From a virus: DNA of 64,000 bases. Positions within the stretch are counted from its first letter, which is position 1, and each line of letters begins with the position of its first letter. Both the position numbers and the translations under genes were made by a program. The notes beneath the pieces were generated by a model, which did no database searches, was not told the origin of the DNA, and worked only from the letters and a program-made list of their open reading frames with translations. Where the stretch lies: the IMG/VR virus record IMGVR_UViG_3300034166_000560, one strand, 5' to 3'. Of the stretch, positions 60,365-64,000 are shown one piece after another.

Positions 60365-61087
60365 ATGCAGAACTTCTCAGAATTTATTGCCGAGTTAAAA
60401 ATAACTCTAAAATGTCACGAAGAGCTTAATGAGAAGCTCTGGGATGGCGATAAAATAAAGCCAGAAGTTCGTAAGGCTCTTATAAAATTCGGCGAGACTT
60501 GGGCTGACTTTGCTAAGATTCCCAAGAGTATGATTGAAGATATCGTAATGACAGGTGGTAACACTAACTTCAATTACACTTCTAAATCTGATATTGATGT
60601 TCATCTTATCGTCGACCGTTCTAAATTGTTTAGCGATCCAAAATTCGTAGAGGAATATCTCCAGGATAAAAAATCTCTCTGGACTCTATCTCACGATGTT
60701 AATGTATATGGATATCCGCTAGAACCTTACGCTCAAGATAATAGTATTAAATATCCGAAAGATCAGGGCGTCTATTCTCTTAAAAACGATGAATGGTTAA
60801 AGAAACCTGGTAAGTGCGACTACGATTATCAGAACGATCACCTTCTTAAACAGAAGGTTAAGCACTATATGCACGCCATTGACCATCTAATCAAAAATAA
60901 GATGGGCGAGGGTGCAGTCAATGTTTTGAAAACAAAACTAAAGAACATGCGAGCCGCTGGCATCCAGCAGTATGGTGAATATTCCAGAGAGAACCTAGTA
61001 TTCAAAGAGCTACGTAACAGAGGATATCTGGATAAGATGAATGCCTATGATAAGGGCGTCCAAGATCAAGAGCTCTCGCTAAAATAA
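60365..61087 (+). CDS. Pol-beta-family nucleotidyltransferase
   Basis: TGG..NFNY...SDIDVH; TATAAATA at 60339-60346. Confidence 0.8.
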   Translation: MQNFSEFIAELKITLKCHEELNEKLWDGDKIKPEVRKALIKFGETWADFAKIPKSMIEDIVMTGGNTNFNYTSKSDIDVHLIVDRSKLFSDPKFVEEYLQDKKSLWTLSHDVNVYGYPLEPYAQDNSIKYPKDQGVYSLKNDEWLKKPGKCDYDYQNDHLLKQKVKHYMHAIDHLIKNKMGEGAVNVLKTKLKNMRAAGIQQYGEYSRENLVFKELRNRGYLDKMNAYDKGVQDQELSLK

Positions 61088-61253
61088 ATATTGCTTTCCA
61101 CTAAAAAATAAGTTATAATGTTCTGATCTAACTTGGAGGTTGTCATGAATATGAGCAGTGATCTAGAATTTATGGTTGAGACGGACATGATTTTGCTGGG
61201 CTATAATCCGTATAACCCTGCTGATGTCAATTTGTATTGGGAGGATTACTTTA

Positions 61254-61529
61254 ATGGCCATTGAGATTTATTCAAAGACTAATTGTGTGCATTGCGATCA
61301 AGCAAAGCAAATCCTACGCACACACGGTAAAGATTTCATTGAGTATAAGTTAGACGAAGACTTTACTCGTGAGATTCTACTATCAAAGTTTCCAGAAGCT
61401 AAGACTTTTCCTGTCGTAGTCGTTGATGGTTTTAACATCGGCGGATATGAGCAGCTAAAGCAGCATCTTGTTGAAGAAACTTCAGACACTCGCAAGGTTC
61501 TATTGGAAAATAATTACCACGGAGCATAA
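61254..61529 (+). CDS. glutaredoxin
   Basis: CVHC, TFP, IGGY. Confidence 0.9.
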   Translation: MAIEIYSKTNCVHCDQAKQILRTHGKDFIEYKLDEDFTREILLSKFPEAKTFPVVVVDGFNIGGYEQLKQHLVEETSDTRKVLLENNYHGA

Positions 61530-61532
61530 ATT

Positions 61533-61814
61533 ATGGCTACCTACGATCGTGACACTCTGCTAGAAGACCTACGCAAGAATGTTGTTGCAGTTTATTTCAC
61601 AAAGGTTAATGGCGAAAAGCGAGAGATGCGTTGCACTCTCATGCCAGGTCTACTTCCTCCGACATATGTCGAAGAAGAAAAAGACGTAAAGAAATTCCAT
61701 GACGAGAACAAAGAAGTTCTTGCTGTATGGGACGTGATGAAGGGTGGATGGCGTTCATTCCGTATCGACTCTATTGAATATGTTCAAGTTTTAGATCCAT
61801 ATCAATATTTTTAG
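61533..61814 (+). CDS. SH3/WYL-like conserved protein
   Basis: FTK.NG..R.M.CTL, WRSFR. Confidence 0.7.
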   Translation: MATYDRDTLLEDLRKNVVAVYFTKVNGEKREMRCTLMPGLLPPTYVEEEKDVKKFHDENKEVLAVWDVMKGGWRSFRIDSIEYVQVLDPYQYF

Positions 61815-61823
61815 GAGTCAAGA

Positions 61824-62186
61824 ATGAACGAAAAGACCTACTGGGGTTATCACCTAATCATCAATGCGGGCGATTGCGATAGAGCAGCAGTAACAAGTCC
61901 AGCAACAATTTACGAATTCGTTACCGATCTAGTTGAGAAGATTGACATGGTTGCTTATGGCGAACCACAGATCGTTCACTTTGGCGACGGTAATAAGTCT
62001 GGATATACTCTTGTCCAGCTAATCGAAACAAGTAACATTTGTGCACATTTCTGCGACGATTCAGGTGATATGTACCTAGACGTCTTTTCGTGCAAGCCTT
62101 TTGATAAAAACGTAGTTGCTCAACTTGTTGATGACTATTTCCTACCTACTAGATCAAATACTACATATCTAGAAAGACAAGCATAA
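61824..62186 (+). CDS. speD: S-adenosylmethionine decarboxylase proenzyme
   Basis: GYHL, LIETSNI..HF, DVFSCK. Confidence 0.85.
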   Translation: MNEKTYWGYHLIINAGDCDRAAVTSPATIYEFVTDLVEKIDMVAYGEPQIVHFGDGNKSGYTLVQLIETSNICAHFCDDSGDMYLDVFSCKPFDKNVVAQLVDDYFLPTRSNTTYLERQA

Positions 62187-62204
62187 CATAATTGGAGTTT
62201 GGTA

Positions 62205-63035
62205 ATGAATATTATTTGGTCGGACTTTGATCCGAATTCAGAATGGTCTGTGAAGCAGCGTGAAGCTAAAGCGGTAAACGGGTCAGATTATTGGCCAACG
62301 ATGCGGGAAGTGTTCAAGCATGATTGTGCTACACTCCCGCTCAATCGTTTTCGTTTGTGGGCTAGTATCCACAACGTTCCTCTTGTAACACAGTACAGAA
62401 CATCTCGTTTCTTTGGCGAAGCATTCTATCATGCTTATCGTGACGAAGAAATCTATAATGCTCTGCTAGAAAACTGGATTGGTATTCCAGAAGGTATGGC
62501 AGAAGCACTTCGCCCAACTAATGATTTTGATACATCAACGCAGCGTATCCAGAACCTTGGTCATCTTATGATTACTGGGTTCGGTAAGGAGAAGCTACGT
62601 TCTATCAAGTCAATTGTTGAAATTGGTGCTGGCTATGGTGACATGTGTTCACTAATCCACGACCTTGGTTTCGAGGGCGAATATACTATCGTTGATATTC
62701 CAGAGACTCAGCCAATTCAGGAATTCTATCTTGGTAAGCAGGGCATTACTCCAAAGTGGTCTTTCGAAGACGACAACGTCTCTCATGCTGATCTTGTAAT
62801 TGCTACTTGGTCTCTATCAGAAACGCCACTCGAATATCGTGCGCAGCTAATGCCAAAGATCGACCAGTCAAAGAACTGGCTAATCATGGCACAGTCTGAA
62901 ATCTTTGGACAGAAGGTAAATGACGAATATTTTACTAACTTCTTCAAAGATAAGAACATGACAAAGATTCCACTTGGTTCAGAGCAGATGAAGCAGTGGG
63001 ATGGTGATAACAATTATTATGTTGTGAGGGATTAA
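62205..63035 (+). CDS. putative sugar O-methyltransferase
   Basis: IVEIGAGYG, DIP, WSLSE. Confidence 0.7.
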   Translation: MNIIWSDFDPNSEWSVKQREAKAVNGSDYWPTMREVFKHDCATLPLNRFRLWASIHNVPLVTQYRTSRFFGEAFYHAYRDEEIYNALLENWIGIPEGMAEALRPTNDFDTSTQRIQNLGHLMITGFGKEKLRSIKSIVEIGAGYGDMCSLIHDLGFEGEYTIVDIPETQPIQEFYLGKQGITPKWSFEDDNVSHADLVIATWSLSETPLEYRAQLMPKIDQSKNWLIMAQSEIFGQKVNDEYFTNFFKDKNMTKIPLGSEQMKQWDGDNNYYVVRD

Positions 63036-63541
63036 TGCTTAACGTTCGTTCAACTTATCCTATGGCAGAACCTTGTTATAACCATGCAGAAAAGTGGCGT
63101 CCTAATAATGGTATTACATTCGGAACGTTTGATCTGATGCATGCTGGCCATGTTACAATGCTCGAGGTATGTCGAGCGCAGTGTGATCATCTAATCGTTG
63201 GGTTGCAGTCTGACCCAACGATCGACCGTCCAGATACAAAGAACAAGCCAGTTCAATCTCTTTTTGAAAGATATGCGCAGTTATCTGCTTGTCGGTTCGT
63301 AGACCAGATCATTCCCTACGACACAGAAGAGGATTTAGCAAATATGCTAAGTATCCTGGACGTTAAAAAGAGATTCCTTGGCGAAGAATATAAGGGACAA
63401 TTCGTATATGCCGCTGATGTCTGCAGACAGCGAGAGATTGAAGTCGTATATATTGATCGCAAACACTATTATTCTTCATCAAATTTAAGAGGCAAAGTAT
63501 ATGCTAGAGAGTTGTCTAAACGCTCCAATAATCCATCTTGA
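63035..63541 (+). CDS. glycerol-3-phosphate cytidylyltransferase-like protein
   Basis: FDL.HAGH, KNKP.Q...ER, R.H..SSS. Confidence 0.85.
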   Translation: MLNVRSTYPMAEPCYNHAEKWRPNNGITFGTFDLMHAGHVTMLEVCRAQCDHLIVGLQSDPTIDRPDTKNKPVQSLFERYAQLSACRFVDQIIPYDTEEDLANMLSILDVKKRFLGEEYKGQFVYAADVCRQREIEVVYIDRKHYYSSSNLRGKVYARELSKRSNNPS

Positions 63542-64000
63542 ATATTTCGCACAACAAGCTCAGAACCTTGATGGTTTGGTTCTAGAGTTTGGTGTAGCTA
63601 CAGGCGGAACTATCAAAAGAATTGCATCAACATTACCAGACAGAACTGTGTATGGATTTGATTGGTTCCAAGGTTTGCCAGAAGATTGGACTAACGGTTA
63701 CAACGCTGGGCATTTTTCTTGTGAGAAACCATCAGACCTACCAGAGAATGTAGTAATCGTAGAAGGTCTATTCAAGAAAACTGTTCCAGGATTTATCAAA
63801 CAACACAAAGAAGAAAAAGTTGCATTCATGCATGTTGATTGCGATATCTATTCTTCTGCAAAATATGTTCTTGATAAGTTCGAAAAGAAGTTCCAAGATG
63901 GTTCTGTTATTGTCTTTGACGAATTTATCATATATAATAATTATCAGCATCATGAATGGAAAGCATGGAATGAATTCTTAGAAAAGACTAAGTATAAGTA
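63501..64000 (+). CDS. partial TylF/MycF-like SAM methyltransferase
   Basis: LEFGVA.G, GFDWF.GLPE.W, H.DCD.YSS, FDE; runs off the window. Confidence 0.8.
   Translation, partial: MLESCLNAPIIHLEYFAQQAQNLDGLVLEFGVATGGTIKRIASTLPDRTVYGFDWFQGLPEDWTNGYNAGHFSCEKPSDLPENVVIVEGLFKKTVPGFIKQHKEEKVAFMHVDCDIYSSAKYVLDKFEKKFQDGSVIVFDEFIIYNNYQHHEWKAWNEFLEKTKYK

Noticed and set aside
1-64000. stop-codon reassignment
   Set aside because: Core genes are intact under the standard code and all three stop codons are used

Overview
This 64-kb window is part of a large T4-like myophage genome. It carries a stand-alone particulate methane monooxygenase subunit gene (pmoC, 24855-25622) whose sequence resembles alphaproteobacterial (Methylocystis/Methylosinus-type) PmoC, so the likely host is a type II methanotroph. 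Layout: (i) 1-1742, the end of a tail-fibre-associated cluster on the minus strand. (ii) About 1.8-18.2 kb, an early/accessory region of mostly small ORFs driven by a recurring sigma70-type promoter. It contains a GATC-free 3.4-kb core, outward-facing promoter repeats, perfect inverted repeats, two 12-bp-period T(A/T)GGTCA arrays and a CbiE/CobL-like plus acyl-CoA-ligase-like gene pair. (iii) 18.3-37 kb, ligase, lysis genes, pmoC, hsp20, carbamoyltransferase, DNA polymerase, UvsX, an HNH endonuclease and helicase. (iv) 37-50 kb, late genes, several with N-termini resembling the T4 capsid-targeting sequence. (v) 50-64 kb, primase, ThyX, class II RNR, a tRNA(CAT), ClpP, glutaredoxin, SpeD and sugar-modification enzymes. 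Eight or nine Fe(II)/2OG-oxygenase-like genes are scattered throughout. All family calls come from motif recognition by eye; no searches were run.
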